Shown here piece after piece: positions 31,183 to 40,587 of a DNA stretch of 64,000 nucleotides; position 1 is the stretch's first letter; every line of letters starts with the position of its first letter. The stretch comes from an uncultured bacterium. GTDB taxonomy: Bacteria > Fidelibacterota > UBA2242. Made by a program: the position numbers and the translations under genes. The stretch lies in NCBI GenBank assembly GCA_964441235.1, contig CAYTUQ010000004.1, positions 6,269 through 70,268 on the forward strand, given 5' to 3'. The notes under the pieces were generated by a model. That model worked only from the letters and a program-made list of their open reading frames with translations, searched no databases and was not told where the DNA came from.

Positions 31183-32113
31183 CTATCCCTCTGATTTTTT
31201 TTGATGCTCTTAGCTTTGCTCCACGAGCTCTTGAATTGCTATTAATTTCTTCTCTTGATGGTATGATTGGTCGTTTTGTCAAAATTTCAAGTTGTGCTTT
31301 ATGGTTGCATCGGCAGACAGGGAATTCAGGAGGGCAGATACAATTTATTGACTCACGTTTCATAAATTGTTTTACAATTCTGTCCTCTATAGAGTGATAA
31401 GAGATGACAACTAAACGTCCGTCTTCGTCTAAAATATCGAGTGATTGAGAAAGTCCTTTTTTTAGAGAGTCTATTTCTTTATTGACATAAATGCGAATTG
31501 CTTGAAATATTCTACTCAAGATTTTTACTGGGAATGGAGAGGAGATTGTATTAGTAATAATATTTGCTAGTTGCCTTGTTGTTTTTATTTGTTGAATTTT
31601 TCTTTCTTTATCTATGGCTTTTGCTATTAGATTCGAGTGTTTTTCTTCGCCGTATTCCTTAAAAATTCGTTTAAGTGTAGATACCAACGCTGAGTTGACA
31701 AATGTTTCTGCATTTACGGGTGTTTCAGGAGAAAATCGCATATCCAGAGGTCCATCATGAGTAAAGGAAAAGCCACGATCCGGATTGTCTAATGCGAAAG
31801 ATGATAAACCCAAATCCATAAAAATTCCATTTACTCGTGTATATCCGATTCTATAACAGATGCGCTTTAGGTCTCCAAAATTGGAGTTAATTAATATGGA
31901 TTTTTGTGATGTTTGAATATTTTTTTTACAATAGTTAATTGCAGAATTATCTGCATCAATACCAATAAGAACTGCATTTGGTTTTAAACTTTTAGCAATG
32001 GCTTTAAAATGTCCGCCTGTTCCAAGAGTACAATCTACATAAACCCCATCTTTTGTGTTTATTAGGTATTTAAGAGTTTTTTCAAGAAGTACAGGTTTGT
32101 GTATCGAAGTCAT
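31163..32113 (-). CDS. rsmH: 16S rRNA (cytosine1402-N4)-methyltransferase RsmH (MraW).
   Basis: HKPVLL...VDCTLGTGGH SAM-MTase motifs. Second gene of the dcw cluster. Confidence 0.9.
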   Translation of the reverse strand: MTSIHKPVLLEKTLKYLINTKDGVYVDCTLGTGGHFKAIAKSLKPNAVLIGIDADNSAINYCKKNIQTSQKSILINSNFGDLKRICYRIGYTRVNGIFMDLGLSSFALDNPDRGFSFTHDGPLDMRFSPETPVNAETFVNSALVSTLKRIFKEYGEEKHSNLIAKAIDKERKIQQIKTTRQLANIITNTISSPFPVKILSRIFQAIRIYVNKEIDSLKKGLSQSLDILDEDGRLVVISYHSIEDRIVKQFMKRESINCICPPEFPVCRCNHKAQLEILTKRPIIPSREEINSNSRARGAKLRASKKIRGIDEEGKN

Positions 32114-32133
32114 GAAATTAAATTCCTGTCCAA

Positions 32134-32628
32134 TTACAATATCTCACCGAGATCCTCAAAGTAATCATCATCAAGATTAATTTGAGATTCTTTATGTTTA
32201 TCGAGTGTTTCAGGATCCCAAAATTCCATACAATTTAATGTCCCGATAATAACCACATCTTTTTTAATTTTAGCATAGTCAAGCAATTGCTGTGATAGGA
32301 GAATTCTGCCCTGTTTATCGCATTTTAACCTTGTTGAGGCACGACTGAAAGCTCTTACAAAAGCCCTGTTTTTTTTCTTGAATTGGGAAAGTTTTAATAG
32401 TTTCTCTGCTAAAACATCCCATTCTATGAAAGGATAAGCAACAAGACAGGGATCAGAGCCTTTTGTGACCACAAAAACATAATCGGAATTATCAGTAAGC
32501 CAGCGACGGTATTTGGCTGGAATACTGAGTCTTCCTTTTTCGTCAAGTGTGTGTTTTGATTCGCCAGAGAAGGAGTTAATCATACATTTCCCGTCAGATT
32601 TTTGGGATTTCATGGGATTTTCTCCCAC
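32134..32628 (-). CDS. mraZ: Transcriptional regulator MraZ.
   Basis: Duplicated DxxxR-type MraZ halves (LDEKGRLSIP and CDKQGRILL). The true start is probably the internal Met near 32583. Confidence 0.85.
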   Translation of the reverse strand: MGENPMKSQKSDGKCMINSFSGESKHTLDEKGRLSIPAKYRRWLTDNSDYVFVVTKGSDPCLVAYPFIEWDVLAEKLLKLSQFKKKNRAFVRAFSRASTRLKCDKQGRILLSQQLLDYAKIKKDVVIIGTLNCMEFWDPETLDKHKESQINLDDDYFEDLGEIL

Positions 32629-32639
32629 AACTACCCACT

Positions 32640-32668
32640 ATTATAGGACTTTCAGGACATTTTGTCAA
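32640..32668 (-). promoter_or_regulatory. Consensus sigma70 promoter Pmra (TTGACA-N17-TATAAT).
   Basis: The minus-strand sequence reads ttgacaaaatgtcctgaaagtcctataat immediately upstream of mraZ. Confidence 0.55.
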
Positions 32669-32718
32669 GAATTTTTTTGGGGAAATATGTTTTTTATGAA
32701 ATATTTATTATTTGATAG

Positions 32719-33516
32719 CTAACGTCTTAGAAGACTTTGACGTCTAATGATACCATCTTTGGTTATTACGAGCCTTGTAGGAATGCCGTTTGCTCCAAGT
32801 TTTCCCAGATCTTTGCCATTCAAAGAAAGCGAAACTACTGAAGGTCTTCCAAGCCTTATATCATATTGTTTCAAGGCTGTCCATTCTCTTCTTATATTAG
32901 CAGGGAAAGTGGTTTCAGAAGTATCTTTGCTGTCAATTATTAATTTAATCCAGCAGGCATCTCGGGTCTTTAAAACTAGGGATAGATTTTTACCTGGTAA
33001 AGGGATACCTTGCTGAGCGTTTGGCTCTTTATCAGTGATAAAAGCAGCAGAACTGGAATTGTTCTCTTGTAAAGTAATTTCAGATGATCCTACAGGAACT
33101 GAAGGAATATTTTTATTTTCCTCATCTATTAAAACCTGTTTGAGTATCATGATTAGAAAAACAACTATGAGGATAACTATTGTTAGGGGAGCGATATTTA
33201 TTTTCTTTTTTGGGGCAGTAATGTTACCGTTTTTCTTTGTATTATTGATATATTCTTTTGCTGGAGAGGGGATTTGTGGGGTTGATTCCTTTTTTCCCAT
33301 ATATTTGTCGAAAGCATTCAGCACTTCTTTAGGATCCATTTCAACTTCAACAGCATAGGCTTTTAAAAATAGTCTTGTATATGCATAGGGAAGAGCTGAA
33401 AAATCTCCTGATTCAAATGCTTGAAGAAAATTCTTGTTTATTTTCGTTTTATTGGAAATCTGCTCAATGGTTATTCCAAGTGATTCCCGCTTCTTTTTTA
33501 ACTCTTCATAAAACAT
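32719..33516 (-). CDS. rodZ: RodZ-like cytoskeleton protein (XRE HTH + TM + DUF4115).
   Basis: N-terminal HTH_25 (LGITIEQISNKTKINKNFLQAFE), one TM segment, and a C-terminal beta-rich DUF4115-like domain. Confidence 0.6.
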   Translation of the reverse strand: MFYEELKKKRESLGITIEQISNKTKINKNFLQAFESGDFSALPYAYTRLFLKAYAVEVEMDPKEVLNAFDKYMGKKESTPQIPSPAKEYINNTKKNGNITAPKKKINIAPLTIVILIVVFLIMILKQVLIDEENKNIPSVPVGSSEITLQENNSSSAAFITDKEPNAQQGIPLPGKNLSLVLKTRDACWIKLIIDSKDTSETTFPANIRREWTALKQYDIRLGRPSVVSLSLNGKDLGKLGANGIPTRLVITKDGIIRRQSLLRR

Positions 33517-33590
33517 GTTTATTACTCACTTTTTAATATTTATCTACAAGTGAAATATGACAAATAATAAGATTAATTTCAATATAAAGT

Positions 33591-34226
33591 TTAAAGGCAT
33601 GAGTGCAATTCTTTTAGAATATGACTATAAAATGCAGGTAATGGAAATCCCACTACATTGTAGAAACATCCTTCTATCTTTTTTACAAAGACTGCGCTAA
33701 AGTCCTGTATTGCATAGGAACCCGCTTTATCATATGGGTTAAAATTGTCTACATAGTATTTTATCATTTCATTTGAGAGTTTCATAAATGTAACATCTGT
33801 CTGAACGCAATTTTTTAAGTAGCGGTTATTCGAAGAGTTCATAATACAGTAGCCGGTATAAACTCTGTGCGTTACTCCACTCAAGATATGAAGCATTTTT
33901 ATTGCATTGTCTTTATCCCTTGGTTTTCCAAGGATGGTATTTCCTATTACGACAATTGTATCAGCACTAATTATCCATGAATTTTTATAAAAAGGTGCTA
34001 CTATTTTTGCCTTGTTAATTGCATGGCCAATTACTAACTGAGTTGGATTAGTGTTCTTGTTATTTTTTTCATGATAGTCTGATGAATGAATCTTGAAATC
34101 GATGTCAATGAGCTTCAGAATCTCAGCCCTACGTGAAGATTTTGAAGCCAGTACTATTGGTTTACCGTACCAGTCGAAAAATTTTTTCATTTGTAATACC
34201 TTTGCCACAAAGTCACTAAGACACAA
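33591..34226 (-). CDS. maf: Maf-family nucleoside triphosphate pyrophosphatase.
   Basis: IVLASKSSRRAEIL...S-D...E Maf motifs. The likely true start is the internal Met (MKKFF, near 34190). Confidence 0.8.
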   Translation of the reverse strand: MCLSDFVAKVLQMKKFFDWYGKPIVLASKSSRRAEILKLIDIDFKIHSSDYHEKNNKNTNPTQLVIGHAINKAKIVAPFYKNSWIISADTIVVIGNTILGKPRDKDNAIKMLHILSGVTHRVYTGYCIMNSSNNRYLKNCVQTDVTFMKLSNEMIKYYVDNFNPYDKAGSYAIQDFSAVFVKKIEGCFYNVVGFPLPAFYSHILKELHSCL

Positions 34227-34538
34227 AAAATTATATTGTAAACTTCAAATATCAAATTTCAAATATCAAATTATCCCAGAGATAATGCCATTTGGCAATA
34301 AAAATTGACCAAATGTCAATATCGTCACTTGTGCCATATGTCAATGAAAACAAAAACTTACGGATTTTGCTATTTGTTAAAATTTTGCTCATTGCTATAT
34401 GTCACAATCTAAGGGACGCCCTCGGCGCAAATTATCAATAATTAATAGACCCTGTACAGTCGCAAACTCCTTACAGGGCAGGCAATAGTCAATTATCAAT
34501 TTAAAATTTAAAATTTAAAATTCGAAACTTGTAATAAT

Positions 34539-37500
34539 CTATCCTGATTTGACCATTTTCCCAATAAAAGTGTCAGTTTGATTTGAGTCAATAGATTTTG
34601 CTTTTATTCTATATAGATATATTCCTCGAGAAATATCATCTCCAAAATCATCTTTACCATCCCAGTGGATGAAATTAAAGCCCGGGTCTAATGGTTCGTG
34701 TAATTCAATCTCTCGAATTAATAGTCCACGAATAGTAAAAATTGATATTTTGACTTTTCCCGACTGCGTTAGAAAAAATGTAATGTCTGTTTCATCATTG
34801 AATGGGTTTGGATAGTTTACAACCTTTTCCAATTCAAGTTTTGTTGAGCCGGTTAATATAAATGTACAGCTTACAGATGATGAGTTGTTGGCATTATCCC
34901 AGGCTTTTACATAAATAGAATGTTCACCTGGCTCTATGTCAGGTAAAGGAATAAGTATAATTCCCGACGTATCGCTATTTGTATCGTAGGAAAATTCTTC
35001 AGTTAGTTGCATAGTCTGAGATTCATTGGAGTCAAACTGAAGTGTAATGTTATGTCCCAACTGGCCTGTTATATTAATTCCATGAGAATCCTGGATTTTT
35101 ATCTCTAATGGAATATCAGGTGTAATAATATCAGTATCCTGGAAGTCCATGTTCTGAAAACCTATACTGATTTTAGGGCCTATTGTATCTAAAATAGATT
35201 CTGATCCAGCAAACTTCAGAGAATCATAAAATCCACTGACTTCAACTCCACTTTCTACATCCCATGCATACAGATTTATCATTCCATATCCACCTTCGTA
35301 GTTCAAGTCTTTCGGAACGAAGAATTTTGTAGAAAAATTTTTGTCATTAATTTGGATAAATCCCTTGAACAAAATATCACCCGGTAAAGTGTATGATAGT
35401 GAATGGTTTTTTTTATTGCTGTCGATATAATTCCTTGTGACATGTCGCTCACTGTCGTAAACTTTTATAATACCTTCACCTGTTACAATTTCCGTTTGCC
35501 CTGTTACTGAAACATTTGAGAGTGCTTTTAACGAGTCTGTCATTAGATTATTGAATTCTGCTTTTTGATAAGGTAATGCAAGATACAGAGCAGGGTCCCC
35601 AAAAAGGACATATTTTTCGTTATTAGGACTGCTGCCTGTGAGAGTATATTGAATAAGTGTTCCTATTCTAATTCGATTTATTTGGTTTTTAGAAAACCAC
35701 TTTTGGAATATGGATTTTATAAATGCTGCGTTTGGACCTGCAGTTGTTGCTCGTGTAGCGGAGAAAGCTGCAATTCCTCCGTCATAAGGTTCATTGACAA
35801 GAGCCTCAGGCATACATGAACCGCTTATATTATCAAATTGCCCCCAACTGCATGTTCCGGCTATCCAGAAAGGGAGTTTCATTCCAGTATTAATTTTTCC
35901 CAGATCTGTATCCACTAGCACATGTTCTTGAGTCCAGACAGTTGAACTGCCATGGCCTAAGTAATTGATAATTGTTGTTCCGCGTTCTAACTGTTTTAAA
36001 ATTGCTTCTGTTGCAGCGGGCTTTTTAACTCCATAGGTTGACGCATCTTGTACTTCAGGATATTCAAGAAGATATAATTTATTCAATGTGAATAACTTTG
36101 GAATATTATTGGCGATTGAAAGTTCGCTATCGTTAATATGTTCCGGTTCATTATTATTTGGGCGAACAGGGTCATCTGCTACTAATGTGATTCTATTTCG
36201 CCATGATCCATAAATTGGTTCCGTAACATATTTTCGTATTTTTTCGGCTGCATTTTGAGCCTCCTCTGCCGTACGGACTGTTATCCTTCCAATTGCCATA
36301 TCCATAAATTTATCGGAACCGTTGAGATACACAAATCTTGCATCGGTGGCATAAGAGCTAAAACCACCACCACTCTCAGGTTCCGGTGATACCTGGTAAG
36401 TCAAAATATAATTTCCCTCATCAGAATCGATTTCTCGGTAATCATATGTTCCATCACCAAAAAGAAGAACATATTGAAGAGTATCTTTCCAGTTTGTAGA
36501 TACATATTTTAGGAAAGACCTTATGGCGTGAGGGTCGGGTATATTTGCATTGAATTCACGCAGTATCTGGTCTTGTAAAACTACAGTAGATGTTAGTCTA
36601 TCTTCCTCACGAACATCAGTGGAATGTAGCTTAGCAATATCTTCTGCCGCTTCCTGGAACTCTTTAGTTGTTATGATAACGTATTTGGCACCACGCTCAG
36701 TTGTTCTAAGGCTATTCCAAGAAGGAGAATTTATCAATTGTATGTTAACTGGAGATTTATACTTGTCTGGTGATGTTATAAAATAATGACTTCGTGATGA
36801 TACATCATTATTTGAGCAAAACCTTAAACATGTGTCTTCAAAAGTTTCGGTATTTTGAATGTTAACGTTACTCCAATCTGTTATATCAAAGACAATAGGG
36901 TTATTATATTCTATATCGTTGAGTCGGTATTCCATCATCCCTGAACTATTAGGTCCCCAGAAATCCATTGATTTATTTGCCGGTTTTAATTCTTTTTGAT
37001 AATTACATTCAATGTAATCCAGGTATGCCTGAGCTGATGATAGGGAAGATGTATAATCTATTCTAAATACATTAAGTCCTCGTACGAGAGTTTTAGAAAA
37101 TGTTTCCAGTATGCTGTTGTAATTATTTGATGACCAGCTATGTATTGAATTGTTCAAATGGAGATTGAAGGAGTGTTTAATGGAAGATGTACGTGCATTT
37201 GTAGCACCTTTGGTTCTGATTTTAATGCTTGCAGGATAGTCAGATTTATAATTGGGTAATTGAAAAAGAACTGAAATAGTACTCCCGGATTTTGAGAATT
37301 TCTCTCCATACCAGCGTTTTCCCGAATGAAGAAAATTATCTGCTTCGACTTCGTGACGGTCAACTTTTTCATATTCAGTAATTACGGTGGCGTGTTCAGA
37401 AGAGATATTGGGAAGTGCAGTCATTGATTTTGGTAAGGTGCCAGTAGAATTTGATATGAATAGCCAGTAATAATTTTCATAAGAGTAGCAATTTCGATTG

Positions 37501-38552
37501 AAATTTAATCTTCCATTTGAATCAGCATCAACACCGGAAGTTGATCTTCCCCAAAAGATAATAGAGTCGCCACTATTGAAGTATCCATCCTCACTTCCAA
37601 TTATTTTTCTGGAGTTTTCTACAAGATTGTCTGGAACTTCTTTTCCTATCTGAGATGATAATTCTCTCCCACCTGTTGAATTTGAATAAAGATAAATTCT
37701 ATTGATATTTATACTATCTCCACTAATTCCTGCAGATTGTAATTCCTCATAACTCACAGCATAAATACCATCTTCTTTTACAGTTATCTTAATCCATTGT
37801 CCTGGTGGGAATTGGATTGGTTTTTCAAGGGTTCTTATTCGAGGATGCTGCCATTTTGTTGCTGACTTACCATTTAAAAAAGACCTTTCAAAAAATCTTT
37901 CTTGGTACTGGTTTGGTTTTCTGGATTTTTGCCCGGGGAATTCTTTAATGAATTGAATGTGGATATCAGCTGATTTTAAAAGCGTAATTTCATTTGGATT
38001 TTTTCCTGCTTGAATTGGATAAATTTCCAGGATTCCCGCTGAAATATCTCCTAAAAAACCAGTATTGGTGAACTGAATGATTTTTTTTTCTTTTAGAATA
38101 ATATAATCTTTATCAGTTAAGGATTTTTCCAGTGTGATTTTTTCAGTAATCAAATTGGATATTGTAACGTTAGGTTTATCAGGAGTAGGTAATGCTATAG
38201 TCCATTGCCAATATGGTATAATTAGGTTATCAGAAATTTTAACAAATCGGGCATCGTTAATGTAGAAGATACTTTCGGAATTGGGATAATTTTCAGAGGA
38301 TTTCCAGTTTAGTGATGACTCATTCTTAATATGAAAAAAAATTCCATTATCTGTTTCTTCTATCAGATCATACTCAATTCCAAATATAGATGAGTAACCA
38401 ACCAGAAGGAAGGTTAAGAGTAAAAATTTGTATCCATTTAGTGAAAATGTTTTATGTTTCATAGATTCAAGTGGCTGGAATTTACATTTGTAACTATTGA
38501 ATTGCAATCCGTGATCACCTCTAACAAAATAACTTTTTTGAAAGATTCTCAT
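34539..38552 (-). CDS. Peptidase C25 (gingipain/PorU-like) family protein with a T9SS C-terminal sorting domain.
   Basis: Signal peptide. Catalytic-dyad context NYLGHGSS (His) and WIAGTCSWGQF (Cys). Ig-like repeats. Terminal ~80 aa match the T9SS CTD (KVKISIFTIRGLLIRE...GIYLYRIKA...). The probable start is the internal Met near 38463. Confidence 0.6.
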   Translation of the reverse strand: MRIFQKSYFVRGDHGLQFNSYKCKFQPLESMKHKTFSLNGYKFLLLTFLLVGYSSIFGIEYDLIEETDNGIFFHIKNESSLNWKSSENYPNSESIFYINDARFVKISDNLIIPYWQWTIALPTPDKPNVTISNLITEKITLEKSLTDKDYIILKEKKIIQFTNTGFLGDISAGILEIYPIQAGKNPNEITLLKSADIHIQFIKEFPGQKSRKPNQYQERFFERSFLNGKSATKWQHPRIRTLEKPIQFPPGQWIKITVKEDGIYAVSYEELQSAGISGDSININRIYLYSNSTGGRELSSQIGKEVPDNLVENSRKIIGSEDGYFNSGDSIIFWGRSTSGVDADSNGRLNFNRNCYSYENYYWLFISNSTGTLPKSMTALPNISSEHATVITEYEKVDRHEVEADNFLHSGKRWYGEKFSKSGSTISVLFQLPNYKSDYPASIKIRTKGATNARTSSIKHSFNLHLNNSIHSWSSNNYNSILETFSKTLVRGLNVFRIDYTSSLSSAQAYLDYIECNYQKELKPANKSMDFWGPNSSGMMEYRLNDIEYNNPIVFDITDWSNVNIQNTETFEDTCLRFCSNNDVSSRSHYFITSPDKYKSPVNIQLINSPSWNSLRTTERGAKYVIITTKEFQEAAEDIAKLHSTDVREEDRLTSTVVLQDQILREFNANIPDPHAIRSFLKYVSTNWKDTLQYVLLFGDGTYDYREIDSDEGNYILTYQVSPEPESGGGFSSYATDARFVYLNGSDKFMDMAIGRITVRTAEEAQNAAEKIRKYVTEPIYGSWRNRITLVADDPVRPNNNEPEHINDSELSIANNIPKLFTLNKLYLLEYPEVQDASTYGVKKPAATEAILKQLERGTTIINYLGHGSSTVWTQEHVLVDTDLGKINTGMKLPFWIAGTCSWGQFDNISGSCMPEALVNEPYDGGIAAFSATRATTAGPNAAFIKSIFQKWFSKNQINRIRIGTLIQYTLTGSSPNNEKYVLFGDPALYLALPYQKAEFNNLMTDSLKALSNVSVTGQTEIVTGEGIIKVYDSERHVTRNYIDSNKKNHSLSYTLPGDILFKGFIQINDKNFSTKFFVPKDLNYEGGYGMINLYAWDVESGVEVSGFYDSLKFAGSESILDTIGPKISIGFQNMDFQDTDIITPDIPLEIKIQDSHGINITGQLGHNITLQFDSNESQTMQLTEEFSYDTNSDTSGIILIPLPDIEPGEHSIYVKAWDNANNSSSVSCTFILTGSTKLELEKVVNYPNPFNDETDITFFLTQSGKVKISIFTIRGLLIREIELHEPLDPGFNFIHWDGKDDFGDDISRGIYLYRIKAKSIDSNQTDTFIGKMVKSG

Positions 38553-38591
38553 TAATCAATAATCAAGATACAAATTCCAAACAAACTGGCT

Positions 38592-38933
38592 TTACTTTGT
38601 TTTATTGATGATAGATGAGAGAATATTTTTCAATTCACTTGCCTCTCTGTAAAATTCTCTGATCTCATTTTTAAAGTCCGGGTTAGCTGTCGCTATTAAT
38701 TAAAACCAATGTAATGTTTCTTTAGCCTCTTTACGAGAGATTTTTAAGTGGTAAATAAAATCTTTTTTACCTAAAGCGTCATTTGCTTCCCTGTAATTAG
38801 CTCCTACGGATCCTTCTGAACCAACAACTTGGCCTACTAATTTATTATTCATTGAATTGCGAGGTAATTTCTTGCATAAATAAATTACCGCTTTAGCAAA
38901 TTCTGTCGTTCTTTTCTCTAAATCAAATTCCAT
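38592..38933 (-). pseudogene. Four-helix-bundle (23S rRNA IVS-like) protein gene interrupted by an in-frame TAA.
   Basis: The 77-aa ORF (...REANDALGKKDF...KETLHWF*) continues in the same frame after the TAA at 38700-38702 as LIATANPDFKNEIREFYREASELKNILSSIINKTK. Confidence 0.5.
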
Positions 38934-39065
38934 ATAATTCGGTTATTTTAATGATTATAACTTATTGGTTATTGTTATTTGGTTATTGTCATTTACTTCT
39001 TATCTGTATCTGTAAGAAGCCAGCGAGTTTTTCTTTACTCAAGATCAATTTACTGCAAGTTTAAT

Positions 39066-40586
39066 TTATTGCTCACTCAGCGTTTCTCTGTTAAATACTT
39101 GTGCTGAAAAAATCTTTATTTCGGTATCTTTATCTTTCCAAGCATCTTTAGGCAATCCGGCTTTATAACAAGTATGTTCCAGAAATGTTTCTCTATCCCA
39201 TCCGTATTCTGTTGCTACTTGTGGAAGGAGCAAGCCTTGATAAAATCCTCTTTTAATAATTATGCCGTGTTTTCCAACTTCTATAACTTTTGGGTCAGTA
39301 ATTACTTCTGGGACTGTTAAAACAGAAACTTCGACGGTTATATCATCTAATTCACTTTTAGAAACCGGCGGGAATCTGGGGTCCTTTAATGCTGCTGATG
39401 TAGCAACTTCTATAACTGTTTCATACAACGGGTAAACAGGTAGAATGTATCCAATGCACCCTCGAAGTTGGTCATGTTCTTTTAGAGTTACAAAAGCTCC
39501 GCGCTTTTCTTTAAATTTGGTAGGGATATTTTTTAGTTTAGGTGGAGGTTGATTACTAACCACAGCTCTTACTGTATTTTCAGCAAGTTCAATAAGGTAA
39601 AGCTGTTCGTCTTTGTTCAGTTCGCCTTCAAAAAGTGATTGTGATTTCATATCTTTTTCCTTTGATTTTATGTTTTTATCATTGTAAAGAACGGCACCAA
39701 GATAGCCTACAACGCGGGATTTATCTCCTTGAGGAATATCACCACTATTGGCGTATTTAAGGACCTTTATGGAGTTTGCACCAGCCTTTTCGGCAGCTAT
39801 CATCATTGCTGTGATCGGTGCCCCGCCACATGCTTCAAAATCCTTTGATGCTAAGCCATTATAGAACAATTTGGGATTTAATAATTTTAACCGGGAAATT
39901 AATCTGCTATCAATTTTTTTACAATCTGAATATGAGTGATAATGAGAAAGATCGCTTGATGCAATTAATAAGACATTTTTCTTTGATGCGATTTCACCCA
40001 ATCGTTGCCCTAATGACTGAATTACATTCCAGTCCATTGTTCCAATAACTATCGGTACTATAGGGATGTTTCCAAGGATAGTTTGCAGAAAAGGTAATTC
40101 CACTTCAAGGCTATGTTCACCTCTCTCAAAGGGTTTAAAGCTATGTCCCGTAGATGATAACCTGACAAATTTATCTTCGGTTTCACAGAGTGATGCAATT
40201 TTTTTGTCAACAGGCATTTTCCCCAGAGGTGTGCTATAAGAATTCCCTGAGTAAACCGATGCGAAAGGGAAATATTCTATATGAGAAGGGCCAAGAATTA
40301 TTGCGGCATCATATCTGGCATTTTTAAGTTCCTTGAAGGCATAAGCAGCTACATGTGCGGAGTAAACATATCCTGCATGTGGAACGATAATTCCGATTGG
40401 TTTTGTGTTTAGTGATTTTTCTCCCGCCGATTCCAGATATTTGTTACATACTGAAGAAAGTTCTTGAGGGTTTTCTGGATAGAATCCACCTGCTGCGGTG
40501 GGAGGTCTATCCTGTGCTTTTGAAAAGCTGCCAAAGATTATGCAAAAAATAATGATTGGTTTTGATAATATTTGTGTTGTTAACAT
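39066..40586 (-). CDS. Fused AmmeMemoRadiSam system protein B (Memo) and protein A (AMMECR1), with a Sec signal peptide.
   Basis: Memo motif IIVPHAGYVYSAHVAA and AMMECR1 motif RGCIGYILP. N-terminal signal MLTTQILSKPIIIFCIIFGSFSKA-QD. The start lies 1 nt after the radical SAM stop, consistent with translational coupling. Confidence 0.7.
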   Translation of the reverse strand: MLTTQILSKPIIIFCIIFGSFSKAQDRPPTAAGGFYPENPQELSSVCNKYLESAGEKSLNTKPIGIIVPHAGYVYSAHVAAYAFKELKNARYDAAIILGPSHIEYFPFASVYSGNSYSTPLGKMPVDKKIASLCETEDKFVRLSSTGHSFKPFERGEHSLEVELPFLQTILGNIPIVPIVIGTMDWNVIQSLGQRLGEIASKKNVLLIASSDLSHYHSYSDCKKIDSRLISRLKLLNPKLFYNGLASKDFEACGGAPITAMMIAAEKAGANSIKVLKYANSGDIPQGDKSRVVGYLGAVLYNDKNIKSKEKDMKSQSLFEGELNKDEQLYLIELAENTVRAVVSNQPPPKLKNIPTKFKEKRGAFVTLKEHDQLRGCIGYILPVYPLYETVIEVATSAALKDPRFPPVSKSELDDITVEVSVLTVPEVITDPKVIEVGKHGIIIKRGFYQGLLLPQVATEYGWDRETFLEHTCYKAGLPKDAWKDKDTEIKIFSAQVFNRETLSEQ

Positions 40587-40587
40587 T

